Position numbers and translations under genes: made by a program. Under the pieces are notes generated by a model that saw nothing but the letters and a program-made list of their open reading frames with translations, searched no databases and was not told the DNA's origin. This document shows, piece by piece, positions 1 to 16,370 of a DNA stretch of 64,000 nucleotides (the stretch's first letter is position 1; every line of letters begins with the position of its first letter). The stretch comes from the human T2T-CHM13v2.0 reference genome, Homo sapiens. The stretch lies in NCBI RefSeq assembly GCF_009914755.1, contig NC_060930.1. The stretch is one strand, 5' to 3'.

Positions 1-3000
1 AGATCCAGCAATTCCCAATCATATACAATGAAAAAATATGTTTTCCATGGCACATTATAGTCAAACTATCTAAAGTCAATTAAAGAGAAAATTCTAAAAA
101 TTGCAAGAGAAAATCAGCTAGTCATCTATAAAGGAGCTTCAGTCAGAATAACAGTGGTCTTCTCAGCAAAAACCTTACAGAATGGAATGGGAGGATATAA
201 GGAAAAAAACCTGCTACCCAAGGATAACTATGTCCAGAAAAATTATTTCTCACAAATGAAAGATAGATAGTCTTTCCCAGGCAAGCTAATACCAAGGGAA
301 TCATCACCACTAGAACTCCTTTACCAGAAATGTACAAGGGAATTCTAAAGCTGGAAGTGAAATGGTGGCAGTTACTCTCATAAAAAATGCACAAAAATAT
401 AAAACTCAGTGGTAAAGTAAACAAACAAATGAGTAAGAGAAAATACTCAAATGGCACCACCACAGAAAATCAGCAAACAACAAGGACAATCAATAAGTAA
501 AAAAGAAAGGAAAAAGAACATAAAAAACAACCAGAAAACAATTAACAATATTACAGGCACAAAACTGCACATATCAATAATAACCGTTCACATAAATAAG
601 TTAAGTTCTCTGCTCAAAAGTGGCTGAAGGGATTTTTTTTAGTGATCCAACTATATGCTGCCTATAAGAAACACACTCTACCTATAAAGACACATATAGA
701 CTGAAAGTAAAGGGATGGGAAATTATATTCCATGCAAATGGAATCCAAAAGTGAGCAGGAGTAGCTATACTTATAGCAGATAAAATCAACTTTAAGTAAA
801 AAACAGTAGGAAAAAACATACAAAGCAGGTCACTATATAATGATAAAAGGATCAATCCAGAAAAAGGATATAACAATTCTAAGTATGTACGCACCCAACA
901 CTGGAGCACCCTGTTCATAAAGCAAATATTACTGGATCTAAATAAGGTGATATATTCTAATACAATAAGAGTGGGAGACTTCAACACCCCAGTCTCGACA
1001 TTAGACAAATCATCCAGACAAAATCAATAAAAACATCACACTTAAACTGAACTTCAGATCAAATGAACATAACAGACATTTCCAGAACATTTTATCCAAC
1101 CCTTCAGAATATACATTCTTATCAGCACATGGAACATTCTCTAGGATTGACCATATATTAGAACACAAAACAAGTTTCAATTAAAAATAAAAAGCATACC
1201 AGATATCTTCTCAAACCACAATGAAATAAAACTGGAAATTGATACCAAGAGGAACTTTGGAAACTATACAAACACAGGGAATTAAACAAGATACTTTTGA
1301 CTATGAATGGGTCAATGAGGAAATACAAATGGAAATTTAAAAATTTCTTGAAACAAATGAAAATTGAAACACAAGAAACCAAAAGCAAAGGGACACAGCA
1401 AAAGCAGTGCTAAAAGGGAAGTTTATAGCAATAAATGCCTATGTAAAAACAATTTCAAATAAACATCTATGATGCACCTCATGAATCTAGAAAAGCAAGA
1501 ATAAACCAAACCAAAAATTAGCCTAAGAAAATAAATAAGAAACATCAGAGCAGAACTAGATAAAATAGAGACTAGAAAAACAATACAAAGGATCAATGAA
1601 ATGAAAAGTTTGTTCTTTGAAAACATAAACAAAATATATAAAGCTCTGACCAGACTAAGCAAGGAGAAGACCCATGTAAACACTCATACATGAAAGATGA
1701 TACATTACAACAAATATCACAGAAATTAAAAGATCATCAGAGACTATAGTGAAAACTATACATTCACAAACCAGAAAACTTAGAGAAAACTAACAATTCT
1801 TGGAAATATACAACCTACCCTGATTGAATCAGGTATAAATAGAAAACCTGAACAGACCAATAACAAGTAACAAGATTGAAATAGTAATAAAGTCTCCCAA
1901 CAAAAACAAAAAAGAGGCTGGATGGATTCACTGAAGAATTCTATCAAACATATAAAAAAGAACTAATACCAATTCTCCTCCAACTGTTCCCTCCAAAAAT
2001 AGAAGAGACAATTATAACTCTTTCAGTGAGGCCAGCATTACCCTGATGTCAAAACCAGGCAAGGACACATCAAATAAAACTACAGACCAATACCCCTGAT
2101 GAATATAGATGCAAAAAATCCTCAACAAAGTACTAGCGTCTGAATCCAACAGCACACCAAAAAGATGACACAAAACAATCATGAGGGATTTCACATAGGG
2201 ATGCAATGATGGTTCGATATATGCAAAACAATAAATTTAATGCATCACATCAACAGAATGAAGAAAAAAATCATATGATCATCTCGATAGATGCAGAAAA
2301 AGCATCTGACAAAATTCAAGATCGCTTCATGATAGAAACTCTTAACAACCTAGGAATAGAAAGACCATACGTTAAAATAACAAAGGCTGTATATAACAAA
2401 CCTATAGCTAACATCATACTGAATGGGGGAAAGCCAAAAGCCTTTCCTCTAAGTGCTGGAACAGGATAAGGGTGCCCACTTTCACTACTACTATTCAACA
2501 TGGTACTGAAAGTCATAGCCAGAGCAATCAAGTGAGAAAAAGAAATAAAAGACATCTAAATTGGAAAATAGAAAGTCAAATTTGACTCTTTGCAGAAGAC
2601 ATGATCTCTCTAGAAAAAACAAAACAGTCCACCAGAAAGCTCTCAGAATCTCATAAAAAATTTCAGTAAAATTACAGGATATAAAACAACATATAAAAAT
2701 TAGTAACATTTCTATATACCACTAATGAAACAGCCAAAAAAAGAAAAAAAGAAATCAAGAAAGCAATCCCATTTATAATAGCTACCAAACAAAAATAAAA
2801 TACCCAAGAATAATTTTAACCAAGGAGGTAAAATATCTCTTCAAGGAAAACTGCAAAACACTAATGAAAGAAATTGTAGGGGACACAAACAGAAAGATAT
2901 CTCATGGTAATGGGTCAGAAGAATTAATATCATTAAAATGATTGTACTACCACAAGGAATCTACAGCTTCAATGCAATCCCTATCAAAATAACATGTCAT

Positions 3001-3305
3001 TTTCATAGAAACAGAAAAATCAATCCTAAAATTCATGTGGAACCAAAGAAAAGCCCACTAGCCAAAGCAATCCTGAGCAAAAAGAACAAAGCTGGAAACA
3101 TCATACTACCTGATTTCAAAATATATTACAAGGTTATAGTAACCAAAACAACATGGTATTGGTATAAAAATGGGCACATAATCCAGTGGAACAGAATACA
3201 GAACCCATAAATAAATCCACGTATTTATAGCCAACTGATCTTCAACAAAGTTGCCAAGAATATACAGTGGGGAAAGGATATCTTCTTCAATAAATGATGT
3301 GGGTA

Positions 3306-3605
3306 GGCCGGGTGCGGTGGCTCACACCTGTAATCCCAGCACTTTGGGAGGCCAAGGTGGGCAGATCAAGAGGTCAGGAGATCGAGACCATCCTGGCTAA
3401 CACGGTGAAACCCCGTCTCTACTAAAAATACAAAAAATTAGCCAGGCGTGGTGGTGGGCACCTGTGGTCCCAGCTACTCAGGAGGCTAAGGCAGGAGAAT
3501 GGCGTGAACCCGGGAGGTGGAGCTTGCAGTAAGCCAAGATCATGCCACTGCACTGCAGCCTGGGCAACAGAGCAGGACTCCGTCTCAAAAAATAAATAAA
3601 TAAAT
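3306..3605 (+). mobile_element. AluY inserted in L1 ORF2
   Basis: Full Alu dimer with AluY-type gaatggcgtgaacccgggagg...agcttgcag and an (AAAT)n tail. Confidence 0.93.
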
Positions 3606-4891
3606 AGTGCGGTAAAACTGGAATGAAGTTTAAAACTGAAGTTGAGCAAAAAAATGAAACTATTTCTATCTCTCACCATATACAAAAATCAACTTAAGAT
3701 GGATTAAAGATTTAAATATAAGACCCCAAACTGTAAAAATACTAGAAAGAAACATAGAGACAACTCTCTAGGACATTGGCCTAGGCAAAGAAACTGACTT
3801 ATACGTTGAAAGTATAGGCAATAGTAGCAAAAATAGACAAATGGGACTATATTAAACTGGAGAGCTTCTGCACAACAAAAGAAATAATCAACAGAGTGAA
3901 GAGACAACCTCTTGAATGGGAGAAAATATTTGAAAATTACTCATCCAACAGGGGACAAATACCCAGAATATACATGGAACTCAAATATCTCAATAGTAAA
4001 AACAAAAAACACAAAACACAAAAGGCAAATAATCCTGTTAAAAATGGGCAAAGAACATGAATAGATATTTCTCAAAAGTAGACATATGAATGCCCAACAG
4101 GTATATGAAAAATGTTCAACATCAAGGGCATGCAAATCAAAAACACAATGAGGTATCATCTCACCCCAGTCAGGACAGCTATTATTAACAACACACAAAA
4201 TAACAGGTGCTGGCAAGGATGCAAAGAAAAGGGAACTGTTACATATTGTGGATGGAACTGTAAATTAGTACAGCCACTATGGAAAACAGTATAGAGAGAT
4301 TTCTCAAAGGACTAAAAATAGTTACCATTTGATCCAGTAATTTCATTCCTGGGTATCTATCCAAAAGAAAAAAATCAGAATATCCAAAGGATACCTGCTT
4401 TTACGTGTTTATTACAGCACTCTTCACAATAGCAAAGATATGGAATCAACCCAAGTGCCTAATGAATGGATGAGTGGATAAAAATACTATATATATATAT
4501 ACAAAGTGGAATACAATCCACCCATTAAAAAATGAAATCATGTCATTTACAGCAACATAGATGGAACTTAAGGTCATCATATTAACTGAAATAAGCCATG
4601 AAGAGAAAGACAAATATCGTAAGTTTTCCTTCATATATGGGAGCTAAAAAAAAACTTGATTTCATGGATATAGAGAGCAGATATATTGATACCAGTGACT
4701 GAGAAGGGAGGGTGGTGGGTGGGTAAAAAGAGATTGGTTATGGGTCCTAACATACAGTTAGATAGAAGAAATAAGTTCTAATGTTTGATAGCAGACTAGA
4801 GTGACTATAGTTAGCAATAAAATTATATACTTCAAAGTAATTAGAAAAGAGGGCTTAAAACAATAGCAAGACATAAAAATGATAAACACAC

Positions 4892-5258
<367 letters not shown>

Positions 5259-5486
5259 TTATATATTAAGGGGGAAAGAAAAATAAAAATTGTGTCATAG
5301 TTTATTCTCCTCATCTTAAATTGTATATTTCACTTTAGAAAGAAAGTGTATTGTTTTTTCTGGCCTCATGACATGACTGTTGCAGAGCCTATTTTTACTC
5401 ATAATTGGATGAATACAGCAAAAAAAATTAAATTTTTTATTTTCCATGATTCTCTTGGAACTTAGTCTCAGAGTCCTCAACACATA

Positions 5487-5652
5487 GCATCTCAAACTTT
5501 AATACATATAGGAATTACCAGGGGACAGTGTTAAAATGCCGATTCTTATCCTATCCGTCTGGAGTACGGTTTTTTGTTTGTTTGTTTGTTTGTTTGTTGG
5601 TGGGGGTACAGGGGAAGTGCTGATCCAGAGACCGCACTTTGAAAACCAAGGC
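5487..5652. mobile_element. MER5A-like hAT-Charlie remnant containing (TTTG)n
   Basis: tctcaaacttt...gaattaccagggga..gttaaaatgccgattc...ccgcactttgaaaacca. Confidence 0.65.
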
Positions 5653-6789
5653 CTTAAAGAAATTGTTTCCCTTCCATTATGGGCAGATTGTGGATAAACA
5701 AAACTGAGTCTGATTCTTGCCAATTGTTTTTCTACTACAGTGCATGTGAGCCCATCTGTGGGGACTCAGAATATAGCCTGTTTTGTTTTGTTTTGCTTTG
5801 CTTTGCTTTTTTATGGGTAATTTTCTACTGGGAAATCACAACACAATCTAAGAACAGGCACCAGAAAAATCTCCCTTCCCTGGCATAGGACTAAAGCAGT
5901 TTACTGCTTACATCAAATCATAAGTGGAAGGAGACATGGGAGAGGGGAATCCAAAGATTGCCCAACATAGATATGGGACCCAAACTTGCACTCTGCATGC
6001 GGTGTGTAACTTGAAACCCTGAGCAAAGGTAGACATAAAGTCAGTTCTGAACTAGATAATGCCACACGTCTTGGGCATGCAGAAGGAACCTGAAAAACCA
6101 CATAAATTATCCTGAATAACCAGAGCAATCTGAAAGGGGGCTGTAGAGTAAGTGTGTTTAAATTTTTCAATGAGCTAAAGAAAGGACCAAAATCCAGAAA
6201 AGAGATTAAGAAAAAAGATTGATTTTAAAAAGAATAAAATAAAATCTCTAGAAGTGAAAAATGTAGCAGAAATGAAAATAGCATTTTTGTTTTTCTAGAA
6301 TGGAAGTCACTAGAGTAACTTTACATGTTGACGAGAATAATCCAGAAGATTGGAAGAAATTAATTATGCAGGGTAGAAGAAAACCTGAGTAGGCCAAAGT
6401 CTTTCATCGTTAAGGGCAGATGGGCTGCAGAACGCAAGAGGGGAGATGACCACTGAAATGAAGACAAGGGGCTTATAATTGTAACAGAAGAGAACAAGAA
6501 AATATGTATAGATGCAGTGAGATATGTGGGTTCCATAGTGGAAAATAAAGGGGTTTCCATCTAATGGCTTATTTTTCCCCAGTGAAGTATGGCATAAAGT
6601 CTCAGAGCAGAAGAGATGTGTGATGTCCAAGGAGACTAGAGAAGGAAAAAAATAGTGCGTTCAACAAGATATACAAATTTCTAGGTCAGTAATAGAATTA
6701 CCAGAAATTGTTGAATGTTCATGTGACTTTTCTGAAAATTAATTAATATAAAATAAAAATAATCAGGCCTCTTATATGATGTTCTCTAA

Positions 6790-7023
<234 letters not shown>

Positions 7024-7394
7024 TAAAGATATAAAATGTTGACCTTTCCTTTGTCTGTACTGCCTGGTAAAATCTTGTCAAAATTTCCAAATTATTTCAC
7101 TATGAAGCATTACTACAGTAAACTATGGTATTTGTTGGTAGCATATGTGTGTGTGTATTTTGATCTCATTTTTCATCCTCAAAATTCACCAATGCTTACA
7201 ATTTTAAAAACCTGTTCAATGTGTAGAGAGCAGGATTATTATTTTGTGTATGAGAGAAGACTCCTTAGAGTGCTATGTTCTTAAAATAATACTTTTAGCA
7301 ATTATTAATACAGTACACTTTGTTTTAAACATTCTTTAAACAACTTTTAAAATTGTATATTAAACAAAACAAAGCTGTCTTGCCTTTAGGAGGT

Positions 7395-7545
7395 TCTTTA
7401 ACGTCTTTGTGCTTCAGTTTCTTCAGCAATAAAATGGGAATAACAATAATGGCCCTATCTACTATTCAAATATCTATTAAGGCAAGTTAGGACAATAGAA
7501 ATAGATACAAAACCTTTTTGAAAAGATACCACTTACTATTATCAT
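7395..7545 (+). mobile_element. MIR fragment
   Basis: MIR core-like gtgcttcagtttcttcagcaataaaatgggaataacaata. Confidence 0.65.
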
Positions 7546-7739
7546 TATTTATAAAACTAGAAAAAACTTAGTAATGTTTTCTGTCCCAGTTTTCAATGAG
7601 AAAACTAAGATAGTGATAGGTAAAGTACTTGCTTAATTTGAGATGACACCTGGGCAATTGTCGTTGTCCTTGAAAAAGCTAATAAAAATCAAATTTTTTT
7701 AAATAAAATTATTTGTGAAATGTACTAAGGGAACACACT

Positions 7740-8000
7740 ACATGCCTTTGGCCAAGCAAAACACAAAGTGGTCTCAGACTTCTCAACATCAAATTTAAAG
7801 TGTGTGTTACATTGCCTGCATAATTCTAAGAGAAAGTTATCTTTTACTAGAATTCTAGAGTGGCCAATTGATCAATCAAATGTGAAATATTATTACAGAT
7901 ACTTTTAGAGATGCAAGAACACAGAAAAGCCATTTTCAATCCAACATTTCTTAAGAGAATGTACTTCAGGGAAATGAGAGTGTGATAAAAACAATACTGC
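7740..8000 (+). mobile_element. Old L1 ORF1/HAL1-like fragment
   Basis: cagacttctcaac...ctagaattcta...tcaatcaaatgtga resembles old L1 ORF1 3' region; heavily decayed. Confidence 0.45.
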
Positions 8001-9367
8001 AAGGAAAATATAGGCACTTAGAAACTCTAAGGAAAATAGTCTCAATGAGAAATAAAATGCATTTATGGCACACTTTTTTTGCTTCTGTAAGTGATCGACA
8101 ATAAATAAATGAGAATAAACAAAGTGTTGGATTGCCAAATCAGACACTTAAGCAACACAGATCTTACCTAGTATCAAACTTTAGTATTAATTCAAGGAAT
8201 ATTGATTACCGTGAGACACAGAAGGACATGGAGAAATTCAAGACCACCAGAAATGCTTCCCAGTTCCTCTCTACAACATTAGGACATATCTGGCCCAGAT
8301 TTAACAGCTGCAGTCTCAAAGTAGCACATGTGGGCATTGCTTACCCAAAGGGAGCCCTTTCAACTCATGAAATATCTTTTTATACTTTGATAATTGTAGA
8401 GCCAATATTGACACTTTCTAACAGGCCATGACTTGTAAATCTATAAAGTCTAATTTTATACCAAAATGAGTTATTTTTCCCTTTCTTCTACCTCCCCCTT
8501 TTCCCTCTCTACCAGTGTTTCCCAGGGTTGGGAGGACACAAACCAGCTACTAACCTATTTCATTCCCATTAGTCATAAAAATGTAAACAATATGTATTAA
8601 TTTTTCAACTTTTAGAAACAACTTATAACGCATAGCGAGATACTTAATTATCATTAATAAAGACAATGCAGTGTTATCAAGCTTGACATTTAAGAATAAA
8701 GAGGACAAAATGTGGGTTAGGACGAAGGTGAAAGCTGAAAGTAATGTCAGAAGTGCTAATATCCTCACCTTCAAAGTAGAGAATCAAGAAATACTTTCTA
8801 TAATTGACCAAATAAGAGATGAATATGTAAGTAAATTACTTAAGATTACAGAGACAATGGATACAGTAACTAAAATTTTAATGTGTTTATATTGGGTAGG
8901 AGGTATGCCATTATTGGTCAGTGAGCTAAGACTCAATAGATAATGTTTAAATTTATAAACTAAAGCACAATAGACATAAATATGGTATTTTGAGAAAGGT
9001 ATATAGTTGCCAGAAGACATAGTTAAAGAAATTAAAGAGATGTTCCCTTTTCAGAAAGGCACTATGGAGCAGAAGAGTACTGCTTTCCCTTTTAAGTCTA
9101 CCTGCACTCTCTTTTTAACCACGTGTGGGAATTCTTTTTCTATTACTTTCATTTTTTAAATTATTAAAATAAGGATATAAATGTTTCAACCTGGTCACAT
9201 CTGGGTCCACACTGGGGCCATAGTATTAAAGAGGAAGCATAACTGACTAGGGCCAGAGACATAACCAAGAAAATTTCCCTAAAGAGAAGGTGAGCATAGA
9301 AATCAAAAGCTAAGGCTCTACAGCCCCACTCTTCTTCCCAATGCTATGGCTCCTGCTGGGTCAGAGA

Positions 9368-9765
9368 CTGCTATTGTCCCCCAAAATGCATTTTTCATTT
9401 GTTTAAGAATAGTGTTTTTAAGTTTTCTAAGCACATGTGCCCTTCATCTACTGAGGACATTTCCCAGCACTTGCAACTAGGTGTGGCCACATGACTTAGA
9501 TCTGCTTGAAGATAGGAACATAGTTGATGTTTGTCACTTCCAGGCTATGCCCTTAAAAGGAATGGGAATGAACTTCCTTTGCCCTCTTTATTTTCAAATT
9601 ACAAGAACTGGATACAGAGAAGGAAGCCATATTTTGAGGATGGCAAGACTCTGGCAGCCTTTCAGTACCTCTATTCTGTGAGGGAAAAATACACTTCTGA
9701 ATTACATAAGCCACTTTATTTTTGCATCTCCCTTATAGAATCTTGGACTGTACCTTAACTAATGC
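9368..9765 (+). mobile_element. MLT1 (ERVL-MaLR) solo LTR
   Basis: catttcccagcacttgcaactaggtgtggccacatgact...taagccact...ccttaactaat. Confidence 0.75.
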
Positions 9766-10179
9766 CTCTTGCCTTCATTGCCAACCTTATAGATTAGGGG
9801 TTTTGTTTAAAGGAATTTTGTAGTTGGTGTCCTTACATTTGATGATTATAATTGTTGTATGTACATATGTCTTAAAAAGCTGTATGAGAACAGAGTACAC
9901 ACTATACTATATATATGTGGAGGTATTTAAATATTGACACTGTAATTTTCAATGAGGACGCTTTCTATCACTTGATGTGTGATTGCCCTAAAACCCCTAC
10001 TAATGGTTTTATGTCGATCCATGCGCTCAAGCAATCATTTATCCATTCATTCATAAATTCAGGTTGAATGTTCACAATATGCATTGCACTGAGCTAGAAA
10101 CCTGAGCAAAGGGAAAGGGAAAATTAAAAACATACAAGCATTTTCTTCACTGTCTTTAAAGAGCAAGAATTAGCGAAAT

Positions 10180-10435
10180 GGCATGATTGAGAGGTGGGCC
10201 TGGAGTCAGGATTCTTGGGTTTCAATTCTGGACCTGCTATTTACAAGCTATATGATTCCAGATAAATTTATTTAACCTCACTGTAATTCATATGTATCAT
10301 CTTGTAAATGGGAATAGTATTATTAGCCATATCATTGGCCGGTTGTGAGATTTAAACAAGTTAATAAAATGAAGCACCTAGAACAGTGCCTGTCCCATAG
10401 TAAGCACTAAAAAAGTATTTAATTTTATTATTATT
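10180..10435 (+). mobile_element. MIR
   Basis: ggagtcagga...caattctgg...taaatgggaatagta...cctagaacagtgcctg...tagtaagcact. Confidence 0.85.
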
Positions 10436-11519
10436 CTACCTGGAGAGATGAGACATATATACATACTAAGAAATAGCAATTTTTGAAAAGATGTCATGTA
10501 ACAATCTTTGACTAATAGCCATTAAATGGTGATTTTAGGAAATTTTTAGGTGTGGGAAATGGAAAGGAATATTCTTATTCTGGCTCCACCAGTCACATAG
10601 TCAAAGCATTAATTTAAAGTCTAGATCATCAATACATATGTTCATTTTTAGTTGTGTGCCATTTCAGACAGTATCTTGTTCTGTTCATTCCATTTGTGTA
10701 GGTTTTTCTTTTCTGAATTACTTAAATTACTCTGTCTAGTGTAAAATTCTGCTTGTCTACTGACAGAGCCACATATAATTCTATCACTATCCACAAATTT
10801 ACTTGCATTTTCAAATATATAAATGCTAAGTAGATTTCCAATTCTATTTTTATCAAGTGTTTTCCCTGATTTCCCTACTCATGTTAAAGCACCCTGCCTT
10901 GATAAATCATATTTTTAACGTGAAATTGAATATACTTCATATTTGTTACAATGAAAAATATTTAATTTTAAAACTTTTTTAAACTAAATTGTATTGCCCA
11001 TCTGTGTTATGTATGTAAAATGTTTCTTGTCTTTGTCTGGTTTTCTTTCTTTTTTCATTCCAGTAAACTAGAGCAAAAACATTATTAAAGGGTGAATTTG
11101 TTTTCTAGTAGAGTATGTACATAGGCTTCAATTCAGATTTTCCATTACATGTCTAACTTGTGACTTTCCTTTGGTCTTTAATATTATGAAATTCTGGTTT
11201 TCCTAACAAGTATTTGTACCACTTAATAGCATATTTCTTCATTTAAATTTTATTGGTGTGGGCTTCCTATCCATATTAGGTATAATAATTTTTGTCCTTG
11301 GTTGCAGAATTGCCAGCTATCAATTGAGATTTTCTTCTTAATTTATCTAGTTTTATTATTGACAGATTACATACAAATAGAAGATTGTCAAATCTCGAGT
11401 CTCCTCTTAAACATATAGAGCTAACCTCCTTTGTAAGTTCTTGTAGCTTTTGCCAAATTATCAGTTATTTTCTATTGAAAAAATAGAATCGTCAACTGAA
11501 AATGACTCCATTATTAGGT

Positions 11520-11940
11520 GTTTATTACTGGTTCACAGAAGAAAAATATTAAGGTAGACTGTTACAGAGTTGATTCAGTGGCTCCTTGATATAATCAAAT
11601 ACCCAGACTTTTCTAATCCTTCTGCTCTGTTATCCTCAAGAAGTTAATGATGTCTCCTTGCGGTTTCAAAATGTACACAGTAGTTCAAAGTATTACATCT
11701 TCACACAAAACATGTACAGAATCAATAAAGGAAAATGGGAGCTTATATTTGTATGCCTTTCTCCTTTTATCAAGAAGGAATAATTTTCCAGAAGTCTCCA
11801 GCGTAATTCTCCTCATGTGTCCTTGGTCAGGTCTAGTTCAGATAACACTCTTTAGCTGGAAGGAAGGTAAGAGAATAACCAATGTTTTCAGCCTTTCTCC
11901 TGGTTGGCCAATGGAAAAAGCAGAGGAGAATGGCTTTTAG
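11520..11940 (-). mobile_element. Old MLT1 (J/K/L-like) LTR
   Basis: gattcagtggctc...acccagactttt...ccttctgctctg...ttttccagaagtctccagc...ttggtcagg. Confidence 0.6.
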
Positions 11941-13474
11941 ATGTTTAGCCATCAATGTCAGCCTCAATGAAGAAATAACTTTTGCAAGAAGGCAGGAGAG
12001 TTCAAAATAGCAGGTGCATTTTTATAGGGCTCTTTCCAACTTCTCCTTGAGACCATAGCTATATGAATTAGAGAAATAATTTTTTCTTCACTAACAAAAT
12101 TGTAAAGCAGAACATGTAGTTTCATTGTATTATTTTATGTAACTAGTTAGTGAAAATTCATAAACTAGCCTGAAAGCTTCATTTTGCATGATACTTTATT
12201 ATAATTTCCATATGGGTCAAGAGAGTGATAGGACTATATTATTTTTCATGTTTTACTATGTGCCATAACTCCTCTAATACTTGAAAATACAGCTTGCTAT
12301 GTGTATAGTTTCTAGAATCTCATAAGCCTTTGTTAAAGAAATTGATCCATATTCATCGATTTCATTCAAATCTAAATAAATTAAATCACAATGTTACATA
12401 AGCATAGGCTTTTTTCTTTTCATGCTATCATATTCTAAGTTGAAACAAATAGGATATAACATTTTCAGCTATTTTAGTATGCTGCATTCAGGAAGAAAAC
12501 AGCTAGTAAACCAAGAAAGCATATTAGTCAATATATCAGCAAATACCAATCTAGGCGAGTACTTAATTAGAAAAGTTCTGTTACATTCACTTGCAATAGT
12601 ACTTTCTTTCTGGTTAGAAAGGGATAAAAAATAAAGGGGAAGGTGAGACATTAAAAAGAATTATAAAATAAGCTCTTGCATATAAAGTGTTATGTCCATT
12701 ATCTGAAACTTAATGCTCTTTGGTAAAGCTGTCATCAGACTCAGGGATTACCAGGTTACAGGATGAGGTTAACATTTGAGAGAAAATGGGTGGAATCCAA
12801 CCTTTTCCTCAGTTGCAATCACCTGAGCTGGAAAGGCTGTCCACAAGAAAAGAGCACCAGCAAACCTTCATCCCAACAGCAGCTGGTGTGCAGCAAGGCT
12901 TGAATTCCTGGTAGAGCGCAAAAAAAAGCTACTGATCTTTGTGGAAAATGCCGAGAAGCATTCTAATTCAACTCATGGAGCTTAAATTTTAAGCATTTTT
13001 TCCCCCTTTGAGCAGCAGAAACAGATGAACTCTCAAGAAATAAAGATCTCGTTTTCATGGAAATCATCTCCCAAGAACAAGAGAAAAAAATAAAGAAAAT
13101 GTATGAGAGACTTGGGATTGCTGTAAAAGACAACAGGTGTCAGAGTTTTCTATGAAGACTTCACTATTCCTTGAGGTATATTTTAATGACATTCTAACAG
13201 TTGATATAGTTTATCTTCCCTTTGGAGTAAATGGAATTCTAGTAACCAGGTGCAAAATGATCTGCTCTGAAAAACAAAGTTTAGCTACAAAACTACCGTA
13301 AATGCAAGACTATTCCATGTCTAAAGTTAACACATCACAATATACAGAACACTGGGTACAGACAAAATTCTTACTGGTATGTGGTTCATAGTAACTAGGC
13401 TGACTTTCTAAATGCTGATGTGACAGACCCATCTCAAATCAAATAGCGAACACTTAATAAAACTTCCAACGATC

Positions 13475-13796
<322 letters not shown>

Positions 13797-14107
13797 TCAA
13801 CGTATAGCACATAGAAGCATAGAAGTACTGTGGATCTCTTCAAACTGCTCACACCAGGACTCCATGCCCAGAATTATTAATTCAAAAGCTCTGAATGCAG
13901 CTCCAAGCAACTGTATATTTCAAAGACTGCAAGGTGATCTGATAGATGCCAAAAGTTTCAAATGATTGAAATATCCACTAACTTGTCATAGATGTGTCAA
14001 CTGTTTACATTATAATCTCAAAGATGGGATTGATTTGAGAGTTTGATATGAAACAGTAAACACTCACAAGCTCCTTTTTCATAAGCTTATTTGTCTGTCT
14101 CTCCCTC

Positions 14108-14417
<310 letters not shown>

Positions 14418-16370
14418 TAACCCCCACCCCCATTAATCTATGAGCTCTACAAAGACAGATCATGTCATGTTCATCTTTGTATTCAGAAAACAAACTCAGT
14501 TACTGGTACATGGAAAACATTCTGCAAATAAATGTCAAACCAAAAAGGAAGAAATTCTGAATTAATTGAATTCCCATATATTCATCTTAGTATGTTCAAG
14601 GAAATAAGATGTGAACTGGGGGGTCCCACATATTTAATGTCTAGATTTTATTGACAAAGTCAGAAAGGCAACAAGGATGGAAACACAAACACTAGAACAA
14701 CATATTTTAACATCTTATGATTACAGATTTTAGGGCAGCTTAATGAAGGGTTCCCATGGAGATTATTTCCAGGAAGCCCTGGAAGAAACTATCTACAAGG
14801 GTAAACATGTTAAATATATTCAGGTGTACTCTGTTAGTACAGAAAAGTTTTAGCTTAGAAAGGTAGACACAGTCCACTGTGTCTTGTTACAGTGATGAGC
14901 ATCACCTTTGCCTTAAATAACCAGAAATTTCTATAAGCACTGCTTTGGAAGCTACATAAAGTCTTCTGGGCCTGTTCCTTCCCATACTCTCTCTAGCTAT
15001 GCACTCTTTACAGATTTTTTTTACTGCTCCAGAGAGTTTGCCAGCATATACTAACTTGGATATTTGTGTGCAGATCAATAAACTACACTTGTATATGAGT
15101 TACATTCATCACATTGATAATCTAGTGAATGCTATGGGTTCTTCAACAGCAGCAAAGTGAACATTCAAGAAAAACCTTTTATTCAATTCCAGAATGTTCA
15201 CAGATATCCTGAAGTCCATCTACAAATTTTCTAAGGACCTTTAAAACCCATGTTGAGAAACTACACAGTTGAGTAATTGCATAAAAATCACGCAGTCTAT
15301 TTATACCAATGGCTACACTAAACACAGACAGATATATTAAAGGTATATACATGGCTCCCTGCCACACTGAATCATCACTCTCCATCAGCCCATATCAAAA
15401 TGCTTTAATTGCCACTGTTAAAACTTCAGACTCTCTCCTCATGCATTTCTTCTAGCTTTCTACCCTCCCACATGACAAAACAAGGAAAAGTTTGGCACTC
15501 CGTTCACCATGTTGCCAATCCATGTGCATCAATTTGCTAATGCATCCAACATGTCTGCTAGATGGCTCAGTCATACAGTGGCAAAATTAATTAGGGCAAC
15601 CACCCTTAGAGCTGAAATACAGCCAACAACATGAAAATTTTCATGGCATTTGTATACAGAACGTAATTCGTTGCATTAAAAAAATTTCAGAAAAAGAGCC
15701 TTTCAGGATGGAATTTTCTTACATCTGCATTTCATTTTCAATATTTATGTTTACATGATTGAAAGAAATTTACCCTTTTAATATTAACAACACAATTTTT
15801 GAGATATTTAGGAATGCCTCTATGATTTCTGCTAATTGTAACAGCCAAGCACTTAGTGGAGCTGAGCATTGACAAGAGTCACCTGGGAGCTGCACCTTTA
15901 ACGTGGTAGTAATTAGGCACTGAAAAGGCAGCCACCACCATTTACACTCAGTGTGACCCCATTAAACTCATCCAGGTTATGCTATTCATTCCTGCAGTGA
16001 CTAAAAAACAAAATATTCATTTTGTAAAAGAATAATAAACTTTTGCAAGTTCCTAGGACAATATTTATTGCACCAGAACAGTCATTCCACAAAAATAGCA
16101 CTTTAATGGCCCAAAATTTCCACACATGGGAAAAACGTTTGCATCTGGCATCTAAAAATATAACATCATTATTAGTAAAAATCCCTAGATAACTTCCAAT
16201 GTTTGTAAATATGACTAAAACTTAGGATTATATTACAGATTGCCTGAAGACTAAATTAAGAGTTTAATTAGGCATCACTAACCTTACCATGATATACACT
16301 TATACACATACACACACAAAAAACACATATTCTCAAACTTCTCTGGATACTATAAAGTTATATACATAGT

